From an uncultured Pseudomonadales bacterium (GTDB lineage Bacteria; Pseudomonadota; Gammaproteobacteria; Pseudomonadales; Azotimanducaceae), in NCBI GenBank assembly GCA_964518405.1, contig CAZFGB010000044.1, positions 14,862-78,861 of the forward strand: a stretch of 64,000 nt of DNA. The letters run 5' to 3'. Both the position numbers and the translations under genes were made by a program. This document shows positions 28,025 through 37,495 of this stretch, piece after piece (position 1 is the stretch's first letter; each line of letters opens with the position of its first letter). Below the pieces are notes generated by a model, which ran no database searches, was not told the origin of the DNA, and was given only the letters and a program-made list of their open reading frames with translations.

Positions 28025-29329
28025 TCAGTTGTCGGCGCCGACCATTTCGCCGTGTTGGGTATAGTCCAGACCCTCGACTTCGTCGTCTTCGGTGACGCGC
28101 AGGCTGGTGAAGATCCTGATGCCGTAGAGGATGACGACGGTGCCGAGCGCGCTCCAGGCGCTCACGGCCAGAACGCCCTCGAACTGAATCCATATCTGCA
28201 TGATGTTGCCTTCCACGGCACCGGCCGCGTTGCCGATCTCTTCGAGGGCGAATACTCCGGTCAGTATGGCGCCCAAGAAGCCGCCTACGCCGTGAATGCC
28301 GAATACGTCGAGTGCGTCGTCGTATCCGAGGCTGTACTTGAGCCAGGCGCACGCCCAGCAGCAGCTGAATCCGGCGAATACGCCGATGGCAAGCGCTCCC
28401 GCGGGCGATACGAAACCGGCGGCGGGCGTGATCGCGACAAGTCCGGCCACGGCGCCGGAGACGAGACCGAGGATGCTCGGCTTCTTGAGTATCCACCACT
28501 CGTACAGCATCCACGTCAGTCCCCCGGCGGCGGCGGATGTCTGTGTGACGAGCATGGCCAGGGCGGCGTTGCGGCTCGCTCCGAGCGCCGAACCCGCGCT
28601 GAAGCCGAACCAGCCGATCCATAGCAGCGACACGCCGATGACGCTGAACAGCGGATTGTGGGGCGCCATGTTTTCGGCGCCGTAACCCTTGCGCTTGCCC
28701 ACGATGAGGCAGGCGACCAAGCCGGCTACCCCGGCATTGATGTGTACGATGGTGCCACCGGCGAAGTCCAGCACGCCCTGTTCCTTGAGAAAGCCCCCGC
28801 CCCATATCCAATGCACGACCGGCGCGTAGACGATGATGGACCACAACGCGATGAACCACAGCATGACGGAGAATTTCATCCGGTCCGCGACGGCGCCGGT
28901 GATCAGAGCGGCCGTCACCACGCCGAACCCGAGTTGGAACACGACATATAGCGCTTCGGGGAACGAGCCCCGGACCTCGTCCATGCTCAGATTGGCTAGA
29001 AGCAGGAGGTCGAGATTCCCGACGAACTCGTTGTCGCCGGAGAACGCGATACTGTAACCGACAATCATCCATACGACGGATACGAGGCAACAGATGGCGA
29101 AGCACTGGCCGGCGATGGACAGCATGTTCTTGCGTCGGACCATGCCGCCATAAAACATGGCGATGCCGGGTACCGTCATCATCAGGCCGAGCACGGCTGC
29201 CATCAGCATCCACGCGGTATTGCCGCTGTCGATCCCCGACGGGGCTTCGGCCGCCAACGCGGCGGGAGCGAAGAACCCGGACAGAATCAGTATTGCGGCG
29301 GCCGTCGGCTTCGCGTGCGTGAGTTTCAT
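28025..29329 (-). CDS. amt: Ammonium transporter (Amt family)
   Basis: MKLTHAKPTAAAILILSGFFAPAALA is a signal peptide, then DSGNTAWMLMAAVLGLMMTVPG...DFAGGTIVHINAG...DVFGIHGVGGFLGAI. Confidence 0.95.
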   Translation of the reverse strand: MKLTHAKPTAAAILILSGFFAPAALAAEAPSGIDSGNTAWMLMAAVLGLMMTVPGIAMFYGGMVRRKNMLSIAGQCFAICCLVSVVWMIVGYSIAFSGDNEFVGNLDLLLLANLSMDEVRGSFPEALYVVFQLGFGVVTAALITGAVADRMKFSVMLWFIALWSIIVYAPVVHWIWGGGFLKEQGVLDFAGGTIVHINAGVAGLVACLIVGKRKGYGAENMAPHNPLFSVIGVSLLWIGWFGFSAGSALGASRNAALAMLVTQTSAAAGGLTWMLYEWWILKKPSILGLVSGAVAGLVAITPAAGFVSPAGALAIGVFAGFSCCWACAWLKYSLGYDDALDVFGIHGVGGFLGAILTGVFALEEIGNAAGAVEGNIMQIWIQFEGVLAVSAWSALGTVVILYGIRIFTSLRVTEDDEVEGLDYTQHGEMVGADN

Positions 29330-29420
29330 TGGACCTTGTTTCCTTGGCTGGCCCGTTTGCGGACCGGATGATCGAAGGTAGCGAGTCGCTAACGCGCTCG
29401 TGAGTTGGCGCGTTATCGAG

Positions 29421-30338
29421 TCATGAACGACGTCGCCTCCTGCTGTTCCCTCTTTCGTCCCCCGGTCGCTTGAAGAACATCCTCGCGCGCGGTCCTGACG
29501 GGACAGGGCTGGGAGCGCTTTTTTCCGCGGCTGTTGAGTCGCCGGCGGTTTGGGTGCTCGACTCGAGCGTCTCGGATGACATCGGGGGTCCGGCAGCAGG
29601 AGCGGTCGGTTCTCTCGGCAAAAGCTCGGGCGCAGGCCCTTCGGGGACATGGGTTTGCGGGGCGCTGGAAGCCCGAGCGAGCGATGCGCCGTTGCGCTCC
29701 GACTCAGGTTCGACTCCAGCATCCGCCCGCGGCGGCACTTCGGGGGTCCAATCGCGGGCAACTTCGCGCTCGCGCTGCTGCCGCACGTCAAATGCGATGT
29801 CGCGCTCCGGTCGTCGTGGCGCCTCCGGTCGTTTTTGCGCCGGGGATGCCTCCGACGGTTCTTCGCGAGGTCGGAACGTCGGATTGACGGCGGGAGCAGC
29901 TGTGCGTGAGGATATCTCTTCCAGCCGTCTGACCGCGTGGTGAACGGCCAACAGTCCCATCCCCAAGCTGACGTTCCTGTTCGTGACCAGGATGAAGATC
30001 ACATGGTCCCAGCCGGGCACGGCGGACATGAACTGGTAGGTAGTGCTGGTCGTCAACTGGACTTCACGCACGAATCCGTCGGACGAGCCGTGATCCCGCG
30101 ACAGCGAACGCTCGAAATTGAGCGCGAGTTTGCCGCGAAACAGGTCGATTCCGACATGGGACACCAAAGTGATCATGTTCCCGTTCATGATCGTTCCGGC
30201 ACGGTACTCGGCGGCCAGCGGCAGGCCGGTTTCAAGATCTGCAAGGACGCACCCCAAGGAACCCTCCATGTCGTCCATGACTTCTTGGCAAACGGTCTGC
30301 AGGTCCATCTCAATCTCCTGCGGACGGCGCGACGCCAT
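29421..30338 (-). CDS. Hypothetical protein: N-terminal Roadblock/LC7-like globular domain plus a long Pro/Glu/Arg-rich disordered tail
   Basis: The segment from about aa 11 to 140 (MDLQTVCQEVMDDMEGSLGCVLADLETGLPLAAE...VIFILVTNRNVSLGMGLLAV) has the alpha-beta-alpha pattern of Roadblock/MglB-like domains. This assignment rests on sequence pattern only. Confidence 0.4.
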   Translation of the reverse strand: MASRRPQEIEMDLQTVCQEVMDDMEGSLGCVLADLETGLPLAAEYRAGTIMNGNMITLVSHVGIDLFRGKLALNFERSLSRDHGSSDGFVREVQLTTSTTYQFMSAVPGWDHVIFILVTNRNVSLGMGLLAVHHAVRRLEEISSRTAAPAVNPTFRPREEPSEASPAQKRPEAPRRPERDIAFDVRQQREREVARDWTPEVPPRADAGVEPESERNGASLARASSAPQTHVPEGPAPELLPREPTAPAAGPPMSSETLESSTQTAGDSTAAEKSAPSPVPSGPRARMFFKRPGDERGNSRRRRRS

Positions 30339-30557
30339 TGCACCGCCCGAACTTTCAGCCTACGAATGATGCATCCTTAACGGGTCATCCGCAACCTCCT
30401 TGCTCCTTCCTTGCCTTGCGCAGGGCGATGGCGCGCGTTGTTGGTCTGGCGGTGGCCGCGATGTTGCGGCCTGTGCGGGACTTGAGCGCGCGGCGCACCC
30501 CGCGCCGAAACGAGCAGCGACTCGGTTCAGTTGCTTCCGGGACGCAACACTCAGGAC

Positions 30558-32408
30558 TCAGTCGTAGCGGAACTCGAACGTGACCGACCGCTCTTGCCGT
30601 CTGGAGCATGCGCCGTCGTCCTCGAATTCGAATACCCAGTTCCTGACCAACCGCATCGCGGTATCGGCGAAAAGGCCTAGGGAGCGCGGTCGCTGAGCGG
30701 TGGATTCCTCGGCGATGAACGCGATCTGCTCGTCAACGGTAGCGCCCGTTTCGTCCAGCAAGTACCTGACTGCGACGGTGGCGGAACCATAGTTCATCCG
30801 CCTGCGCCCCGGGTAGATGTCCTGGGCGGATTCGGCGCGGAACCTTGGCATCAGAGTCGCGTCGCATGGCGGCAGTTCCATCTCGGCCGACCCATCGGTC
30901 GCCAGGGCGAGCTGCCCGAAAGATTCGCGTTCGAACGTATCGTCGGCGTCGGATGCGTCCGGCAGTTCGGCGACTTCGGGCGGCGCCGGCGTTACGTCCT
31001 CAGCCGGTTCTTCCGCTGCAGTTTCGGGCGCTTCCGATGCGATGTCGGGGTCGGGCGCTTCCGGCGCAACGTCAGAGTCGGGCGCTTCCGATGCGATGTC
31101 GGGCATTTCCGACGCAACGTCAGAGTCGGGCACTTCCGGTTCAATGTCTCGTACTTCCGCTGCAATATCGCGCGCTTCCGCTTGCCGCGCGTCGAGCTGT
31201 TCTCTCCGGTCGACCAGCGATTGCTGTTGTCGCCGCAGTCCGGCCGCAAGCTCGGGTTGCGCCTTGGGGGCGGCGTTGGTCCGCGCCCGTTCTTCGGCGA
31301 GCTTGCGCAGTTCCTCTTCCAGCGCCTCTCTTTCCCGCTGCACTTCCGCCAGCATCTGTTGCGCTTCCGCGCGTTCCTGCTCGATTCGCTCGCGCTCCAG
31401 GGCCGCGAGTTCTTCCGGCGTCAACCTGTCCATTACGGATTCCGCCGCATAGGCGGGCAGGACCGGCTGGTCCTCGAATGTCAACTGCGCGTCCGCGAAA
31501 TACGCGTGCCAGAACGCTTGGTGCGCGCGTTTCGGGCGGGGGTGGTCGGTGAGGTCGACCCGCGGCAGATAGTAGACCCGCACGGCCATGTCGGACACCG
31601 ATGGACTTCTGCCCATGCGCGCCGCCTGCGCCGCACGCGCCGCGGCGAAATCTGCGAAGTCCCACTCGGTCCATTCGAGGTCCAGGTGCGAATACCAGAC
31701 GGCGTGCTGCATCATGTCGGAGAACACGTATATCGTCCGCGGTCCGGATCCTTCGGATAACTCGATGGCCGTATCCTCCAGCGCCTCGATCAGGTACGAG
31801 TTGGTGATCGGCGTCGCGGCCTGATTTCTCGCCAGCGCGTCGACGCGTTTGTTCAACGCGTCTCGGCGGAGGCAGAAGCGCTCCGCCGTTTCGCGCAGGG
31901 AGGAGGAAAGCTGCGCCGGCAGGTCGTCGCAGTCCCGCAACGTGTTGCCTTGGTCCTTGGCCGTCCCGACCTGCAGGTCGGCGTTGTCGTAGGGTTTGCA
32001 GATCCGGTCGAGCGGCAGCCGGGGCGCCCGAGGGTCCGCCGACAGCGCGAATACTCGGAGTTCGGTGTTGGCGCCGAGGCGCAGGCTCACGTCGCGCAGC
32101 ACCTCGCCCGGCAATGACAGGTTCGCTTCATCCATCGGCTTGCGGAAGTCGAGCAGGACAACGGCGCGGCCGGCCGACCCGTCGGGCGCGAGCGCGCACA
32201 AATCGCCGTCCAACTCGTGTTCGGAGTTGGGACGGCTGAAGAAAACAAGTACGCCGGACAAGGCGACGGCGACCAGAAGCGGTGGAATCAGCAGCAGGAA
32301 GTACCGCCTCTTGCCACCTGGCCTTCTCGGACCGAGAGTTTCCGCCAAGCGATTGCCTTCTGCGATCGTTACATTTTTATGATGGGCGATTTGGCGGCTA
32401 ATTGGCAA
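30558..32408 (-). CDS. Membrane-anchored multidomain protein: TM, unknown periplasmic domain, coiled coil, acidic repeats, TonB-C-terminal-like domain
   Basis: TM segment YFLLLIPPLLVAVALSGVLVFF. Coiled coil LTPEELAALERERIEQERAEAQQMLAEVQREREALEEELRKLAEE. Repeats PD.D(I/V)ASEAP. The C-terminus DIYPGRRRMNYGSATVAVRYLLDETGATVDEQIAFIAEES...AMRLVRNWVFEF resembles TonB_C. Confidence 0.6.
   Translation of the reverse strand: MPISRQIAHHKNVTIAEGNRLAETLGPRRPGGKRRYFLLLIPPLLVAVALSGVLVFFSRPNSEHELDGDLCALAPDGSAGRAVVLLDFRKPMDEANLSLPGEVLRDVSLRLGANTELRVFALSADPRAPRLPLDRICKPYDNADLQVGTAKDQGNTLRDCDDLPAQLSSSLRETAERFCLRRDALNKRVDALARNQAATPITNSYLIEALEDTAIELSEGSGPRTIYVFSDMMQHAVWYSHLDLEWTEWDFADFAAARAAQAARMGRSPSVSDMAVRVYYLPRVDLTDHPRPKRAHQAFWHAYFADAQLTFEDQPVLPAYAAESVMDRLTPEELAALERERIEQERAEAQQMLAEVQREREALEEELRKLAEERARTNAAPKAQPELAAGLRRQQQSLVDRREQLDARQAEARDIAAEVRDIEPEVPDSDVASEMPDIASEAPDSDVAPEAPDPDIASEAPETAAEEPAEDVTPAPPEVAELPDASDADDTFERESFGQLALATDGSAEMELPPCDATLMPRFRAESAQDIYPGRRRMNYGSATVAVRYLLDETGATVDEQIAFIAEESTAQRPRSLGLFADTAMRLVRNWVFEFEDDGACSRRQERSVTFEFRYD
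31026..31160. repeat. About 27-bp imperfect tandem repeat (about 5 units) inside the CDS 30558-32408
   Basis: Units GGGCGCTTCCGATGCGATGTCGGGGTC, GGGCGCTTCCGGCGCAACGTCAGAGTC and so on, read directly from the plus strand. They encode the acidic (A)PDSD(V/I)ASE(A/M)P repeats. Confidence 0.8.
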
Positions 32409-32455
32409 CCCGACATCGGTGCAGCGCGGCGGGTTACGCGCGGCCTACTCGGCAC

Positions 32456-33025
32456 TCACGTCTTCGGCAGGGTGACGCCGCGCTGTCCCTGATACTTCCC
32501 TCCCCGGTCCCTGTAGCTGGTTTCACATCGTTCGTCCGACTGAAAGAACAGCAGTTGAGCCACGCCCTCGTTCGCGTAGATTTTCGCGGGCAGGTTGGTC
32601 GTGTTGGAGAATTCGAGCGTCACGTGGCCCTCCCACTCCGGCTCTAGCGGGGTGACGTTGACGATAATTCCGCAGCGCGCGTAGGTGGACTTGCCCACGC
32701 ACAGGGTCAGGACATCTCGCGGAATACGGAAATACTCGACCGTGCTGGCGAGCGCGAAGGAATTGGGCGGTACGATGCAGCTACTGTTCTTCACGTCCAC
32801 GAAACTGCGCTCGTCGAACGCCTTGGGGTCCACGGTGGCGGAGAAGATGTTGGTGAACACCTTGAACGCGGGCGCGCAGCGGACATCGTAGCCGTAACTG
32901 GAGGTCCCGTAGGAAATGACGCCGACGCCGGCGTCGCTGCGGCGAACCTGGCGCGGTTCGAACGGCTCGATCATGCCGTGTTCGCGCGCCATATCGCGAA
33001 TCCAGCGGTCGGACTTGATGCTCAT
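32456..33025 (-). CDS. dcd: dCTP deaminase
   Basis: [23 protein letters not shown]...SSYGYDVRC...[16 protein letters not shown]. The start overlaps the apbC stop (ATGA). Confidence 0.95.
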   Translation of the reverse strand: MSIKSDRWIRDMAREHGMIEPFEPRQVRRSDAGVGVISYGTSSYGYDVRCAPAFKVFTNIFSATVDPKAFDERSFVDVKNSSCIVPPNSFALASTVEYFRIPRDVLTLCVGKSTYARCGIIVNVTPLEPEWEGHVTLEFSNTTNLPAKIYANEGVAQLLFFQSDERCETSYRDRGGKYQGQRGVTLPKT

Positions 33026-34068
33026 GCATCGTCCATTCGGATGGTGGGCCGCGGCGCCTGGGAGGCCACCACGCGCCACAACGCGGCTGCGGCGCGGCGT
33101 GCGCAGTCGATGTAGTTGCGGGCGATCTCGCTGTCGGGTTCGGCGGCGACAGTCGGTCGGCCGCCGTCCGCCTGCTCCCGTATTCCGGTTGTCAGCGGCA
33201 GCGTCCCCAGCAACTCGACGCCATATTCTTCGGCGACGCGCGCGCCGCCGCCGGCGCCGAACAGGTGGTGACGTTGGCCGCAGCCGTCGCAGACGAAGTA
33301 GCTCATGTTCTCGACGATCCCGAGGATCGGTATGTTGACCTTGGAGAACATCTCGATGCCCTTCCTGGCGTCTGCGAGCGCGATGTCCTGGGGAGTGGTG
33401 ACGATGACGGCGCCGCCAACGGGAGCGGACTGCGACAGGGTAAGCTGGATGTCGCCGGTGCCGGGAGGCATGTCGACCACGAGGTAGTCAAGATCACCCC
33501 AGGCCGACTGATCCAAAAGCTGCCTCAAGGCCCCCGAAACCATCGGGCCGCGCCACACCATCGGCGTCCCGTCGGTCACCAGCATGCTCATGGACATGGC
33601 CTCGATGCCGTGCGCCTTGATCGGGACGAAAAAGCGTTCATCCCGCACCTCGGGCCGATGCCCATCGGCCACGCCGAGCATGATGCCCTGGCTCGGGCCA
33701 TAGATGTCGGCGTCGAGAATGCCGGTCCTGGCGCCGAGGCGGTCAAGGGCCAGGGCAAGGTTGACCGCGGTAGTGGATTTTCCGACGCCGCCCTTGCCGG
33801 AGGCCACGGCGATAATGTTTTTCGCGCCGGGGATGCCGCGCGCCTCGGGTGCGCGGAATTCGAGGTCGAGGACGGTATCTTCGCCCACCCACTCCGAGAC
33901 GGCGCGCGCGTACTCTTCTTCGGACCCCCCGAACGGATATCCGAGACGCACCTGGGCGTGCCATTCGCCATCCAGCTTCGCCATGCGCCGGACCGCGCCC
34001 AGTTCGCCCCAGGTCGCGGACAGAACCGGATCCCGGAATGCCGGGAGGGGCCGTCCTTTCGCCGCCAT
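33022..34068 (-). CDS. apbC: Fe-S cluster carrier ATPase ApbC/Mrp
   Basis: [24 protein letters not shown] (deviant Walker A), ...[14 protein letters not shown] (CxxC). Start at the Met at 34068. Confidence 0.9.
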   Translation of the reverse strand: MAAKGRPLPAFRDPVLSATWGELGAVRRMAKLDGEWHAQVRLGYPFGGSEEEYARAVSEWVGEDTVLDLEFRAPEARGIPGAKNIIAVASGKGGVGKSTTAVNLALALDRLGARTGILDADIYGPSQGIMLGVADGHRPEVRDERFFVPIKAHGIEAMSMSMLVTDGTPMVWRGPMVSGALRQLLDQSAWGDLDYLVVDMPPGTGDIQLTLSQSAPVGGAVIVTTPQDIALADARKGIEMFSKVNIPILGIVENMSYFVCDGCGQRHHLFGAGGGARVAEEYGVELLGTLPLTTGIREQADGGRPTVAAEPDSEIARNYIDCARRAAAALWRVVASQAPRPTIRMDDA

Positions 34069-34247
34069 TTTCCGCGCCCCGCGCCCTGTCGGCGCCGATA
34101 AAGGGCAGCGATTATAGGGTATATTGCCCGCCGCACCCGAACCCTCAAGATGCGTAACCGGCTGTAGGCTCCCGCCATGACTCTCGCCATCAACAGAGGC
34201 GCTCTCCGTGCCCCGCAGCCGTCGGCTTGGGTGCCGGATTCTGTCTC

Positions 34248-34360
34248 GCGAGGGGCACCCCCTCGGGCACTTTCCCATGCGAGGGACACCCTTGTGCGCC
34301 CGGGGCTGAAGGCTCTTTGCATGCGAGGGGCACCCCCTCGCGCTCCCCGGCTGAAGGCTC
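34248..34360. repeat. Cluster of three REP-like palindromic elements in the apbC/metG divergent spacer
   Basis: GCGAGGGGCACCCCCTCG(G/C)... and CATGCGAGGG(G/A)CACCC(CC)T.G.GC.CC.GG(G)CTGAAGGCTC are repeated. The core GCGAGGGG/CCCCTCGC is self-complementary. GTGCCCCGCAG also flanks the cluster at about 34208 and about 34369. Confidence 0.7.
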
Positions 34361-34382
34361 TCCTGCGAGTGCCCCGCAGTCC

Positions 34383-36410
34383 ATGAGCTCGAAAACCCGC
34401 CGGCAGCGACGGATTCTCGTCACCAGCGCATTGCCTTACGCGAACGGCCCGATCCATCTCGGTCATCTGCTGGAAAACATCCAGACCGACATCTGGGTGC
34501 GATTTCAGCGTCTCGTCGGCAATCAATGCATCTATGTCTGCGCCGAGGATGCGCATGGCACGGCGACGATGCTGAAGGCGGAGGAAGAGGGCATGACGCC
34601 GGAGGAGTGGGGCGAGGCGATGCGCGCTTCGCACGCGGCGGATTTCGCCCGGTTCCACATTGCGCACGACAACTTCTACAGCACGCACTCGGACGAGAAT
34701 CGATACTACTCGGAGCTCATCTTCCGGCGGCTGCGGGAGAAGGGCCACATCTTCACCGAGGAAGTGGAGCAACTCTACGACCCCGCGGAGCGACTGTTCC
34801 TTGCCGACCGCTATGTTCGGGGCGTCTGCCCCCGATGCGGATCCGAGGATCAACCGGGCGACAACTGCGATATGTGCGGCGCGACCTACGACGCTACGGA
34901 ACTTGCCGATCCGCGCTCGGTCCTGTCGGGGGCCGTGCCCGAACTGAAGGCGTCCGAACACTACTTCGTCGACCTGGCCAGGTCCGAGGACTTTCTGAAA
35001 TCCTGGACCCGAAGCGGCACGGTGCAGCCGGAAGTCGCCAACAAGCTCGCCGAGTGGCTCGACGAGGGCTTGAGGCCCTGGGACATCAGTCGGGACGCGC
35101 CGTACTTCGGCTTCGGGATTCCGGGTGCCGAGGGCAAGTACTTCTACGTCTGGATGGACGCGCCCATCGGTTACATGGCGAGCTTCAAGGATTACTGCGC
35201 TCGGTCGGGCGTCGATTTCGACGAGTTCTGGCGCCCCGGGTCCGATTGCGAGGTGCACCACTTCATCGGCAAGGACATCGTCAATTTCCACGCCCTGTTC
35301 TGGCCCGCCGTGCTGTCGGCGGCGGATTTCCGAACGCCGACGCACGTGCATACGCACGGCTTCATTACCGTGGGAGGCGAGAAGATGTCGAAGTCCCGAG
35401 GCACCTTCATCAACGCCTCGACTTACCTCGACCACCTTGATCCCGAGTATCTCCGGTACTACCTCGCGACCAAGCTGTCGCCGAATACCGATGACATGGA
35501 CATCAATTTCGATGATTTCGTCCAGCGCGTGAACTCGGATCTGGTGGGCAAGATCGTCAATATCGCATCGCGGTGCGCGGGATTCCTGCACCGGCACTTC
35601 GACTCGATGCTGACGCCGACGCTCCACGATGCCGATCTGTGGGAGGAAGTTTCCGGTGCGCGGGAACGGTTGGCCGACCTCTACGAAACGGGGGACGTCA
35701 GCCGCGCGGTCCGGGAGATCACCGCGTTGGCGGACTTGGCGAATCGCTACGTCGATGGCCACGCACCCTGGCGTCTCATCAAGGCGCCGGAGCGCGCTGC
35801 GGAGGTGCAGGCTATCTGCTCCATGGGCATCAACCTGTTTCGCGTGATCGCTCTTTACCTGAAGCCGATCGTGCCGGCTTTCTCGGAGCGGGCGGAGGCG
35901 TTCCTGAATGTGCCGCCGATGACCTGGGAGGATGCGGGAAACCCACTGGTCGATCATCCGATCAGGAGGTTCAAGCCGCTGATCCGGCGCATCGAAAAGA
36001 AGGCCGTCGATCATATCCTGGAAGCTTCGAAGGCGCCCGAACCGCAGGCGGTCGAGAGTGAGCTCGTCCCGAAACCCGCCGCGGCCGTTGTCGGCATCGA
36101 CGATTTTTCCAAGATAGACCTGCGCGTCGCGCGCATCGTCGAAGCGCAGCCGGTGGAAGGTGCGGACAAGCTCCTGAAACTGACGCTCGATGTGGGCGAT
36201 CATCGCCGGGAGGTCTTCTCCGGCATCAAGCAGGCGTACGATCCGGCCAGCCTCGTCGGACGCTACACCGTCGTCGTGGCCAACCTGGCGCCGCGCAAAA
36301 TGCGTTTCGGGACTTCCGAGGGCATGGTTCTCGCTGCGGGCCCGGGCGGCAGCGAGATATTCCTGGTGACGCCGGACGACGGCGCCATTCCGGGAATGGA
36401 GGTTCGCTAA
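34383..36410 (+). CDS. metG: Methionyl-tRNA synthetase with C-terminal tRNA-binding domain
   Basis: [19 protein letters not shown] (HIGH), Zn knuckle [27 protein letters not shown] (KMSKS), and a C-terminal Trbp111-like domain ([27 protein letters not shown]). Confidence 0.95.
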   Translation: MSSKTRRQRRILVTSALPYANGPIHLGHLLENIQTDIWVRFQRLVGNQCIYVCAEDAHGTATMLKAEEEGMTPEEWGEAMRASHAADFARFHIAHDNFYSTHSDENRYYSELIFRRLREKGHIFTEEVEQLYDPAERLFLADRYVRGVCPRCGSEDQPGDNCDMCGATYDATELADPRSVLSGAVPELKASEHYFVDLARSEDFLKSWTRSGTVQPEVANKLAEWLDEGLRPWDISRDAPYFGFGIPGAEGKYFYVWMDAPIGYMASFKDYCARSGVDFDEFWRPGSDCEVHHFIGKDIVNFHALFWPAVLSAADFRTPTHVHTHGFITVGGEKMSKSRGTFINASTYLDHLDPEYLRYYLATKLSPNTDDMDINFDDFVQRVNSDLVGKIVNIASRCAGFLHRHFDSMLTPTLHDADLWEEVSGARERLADLYETGDVSRAVREITALADLANRYVDGHAPWRLIKAPERAAEVQAICSMGINLFRVIALYLKPIVPAFSERAEAFLNVPPMTWEDAGNPLVDHPIRRFKPLIRRIEKKAVDHILEASKAPEPQAVESELVPKPAAAVVGIDDFSKIDLRVARIVEAQPVEGADKLLKLTLDVGDHRREVFSGIKQAYDPASLVGRYTVVVANLAPRKMRFGTSEGMVLAAGPGGSEIFLVTPDDGAIPGMEVR

Positions 36411-36989
36411 CTGAGCGAGCTGCTGCTCCTGCTCGTCACGGCCGCGCTGGTCAACAACTTCGTACTGGTCCAGTTCCTCGGCCTGTGTCCGTTCATGGGC
36501 GTGTCCAACCGGTTCGATACCGCGGTGCCCATGGGCCTCGCGACAGCGTTCGTGCTCACATTGTCGAGCCTGGCCGCTTTCGCGATTCACCACTACCTTC
36601 TGACACCGCTGGATCTCGGGTACCTCAGGGTGGTGGCGTTCATCGTCGCCATCGCCGGAGTCGTCCAGTTCACCGAAGCCTTCGTCAGGCACGTGAGTCC
36701 GCTGCTGCACCAGTTGCTCGGCGTCTACCTGCCGCTGATCACTTCCAATTGCGCGGTGCTCGGCGTGGCGCTGATCGTCACCGACAGCGGCGCGGGCCTG
36801 CTGCAGACCATCGCCGTGGCATTGGGCGCCGCACTTGGCTTTTCCGTCGTGATCGTCTGCTTCGCCGCGTTGCGCGAGCGCTTCGAGACGGACGCGATCG
36901 CGCCCGCCTTGCAGGGCGCCCCGGTGGCGCTGATCACGGTCGGGATCATGTCGCTCGCCTTCTACGGCTTGCGGGGCATCGGTCAATGA
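36411..36989 (+). CDS. rnfA: Rnf electron-transport complex subunit A (apparent CTG start)
   Basis: LSELLLLLVTAALVNNFVLVQFLGLCPFMGVS... is the conserved RnfA N-terminus. It begins at the codon immediately after the metG TAA, in the same frame. GGAGG (36398-36402) lies 8 nt upstream of the CTG at 36411. The first ATG (36495) would delete TM1. Confidence 0.8.
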   Translation: MSELLLLLVTAALVNNFVLVQFLGLCPFMGVSNRFDTAVPMGLATAFVLTLSSLAAFAIHHYLLTPLDLGYLRVVAFIVAIAGVVQFTEAFVRHVSPLLHQLLGVYLPLITSNCAVLGVALIVTDSGAGLLQTIAVALGAALGFSVVIVCFAALRERFETDAIAPALQGAPVALITVGIMSLAFYGLRGIGQ

Positions 36990-37495
36990 TCCTGGCGGCG
37001 CTGGTGCTCGGCGTGATCGGGGTGGTGGTCGGCGCCGTCCTCGGGTTCGCGCGGAAACGATTCTCTGAGGACGGAGAGAGCCTGGTGGCGGCCATCGATG
37101 ACCTGTTGCCCCAAATCCAGTGCGCCCAGTGCGGCTATCCCGGTTGTCGACCCTACGCGGAGGCGATCGCCGCCGGCGCGCCCCTCGATCTATGTCCGCC
37201 GGGCGGCCAGGCGACCGCGGAGGCGGTGGCGAAGTTAGTCGGGCGCGATGGAGAGCGGCCGAGCGTGGCCGCGCCCGCCGAGAGCGTGGCCGTGATCGAT
37301 GAATCGGCGTGTATCGGTTGCGCGCTCTGTCTTCCTGCGTGCCCGGTGGACGCGATTGTCGGTGCGAACAAGTACGTGCATACGGTCATCGAGGAGCGCT
37401 GCACGGGATGTGAACTCTGCCTTCCGCCGTGCCCGGTGGATTGCATCTCCCTTGAGCCGGTGGCGGAAGCGACCTTGAAGTGGGAGAAGCCGTGA
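36986..37495 (+). CDS. rnfB: Rnf complex subunit B (Fe-S)
   Basis: CAQCGYPGCRPYAEA, CIGCALCLPACPVDAI and CTGCELCLPPCPVDCI. ATGA overlap with rnfA. Confidence 0.9.
   Translation: MILAALVLGVIGVVVGAVLGFARKRFSEDGESLVAAIDDLLPQIQCAQCGYPGCRPYAEAIAAGAPLDLCPPGGQATAEAVAKLVGRDGERPSVAAPAESVAVIDESACIGCALCLPACPVDAIVGANKYVHTVIEERCTGCELCLPPCPVDCISLEPVAEATLKWEKP

Noticed and set aside
33588-36986. 1132-aa minus-strand ORF, the longest in the track
   Set aside because: It runs antisense to metG, rnfA and part of apbC. Its translation is Arg/Gly/Pro/Ala-rich with no recognisable motifs. The sense-strand genes have unambiguous hallmarks (HIGH/KMSKS, RnfA). This is a typical high-G+C shadow ORF.
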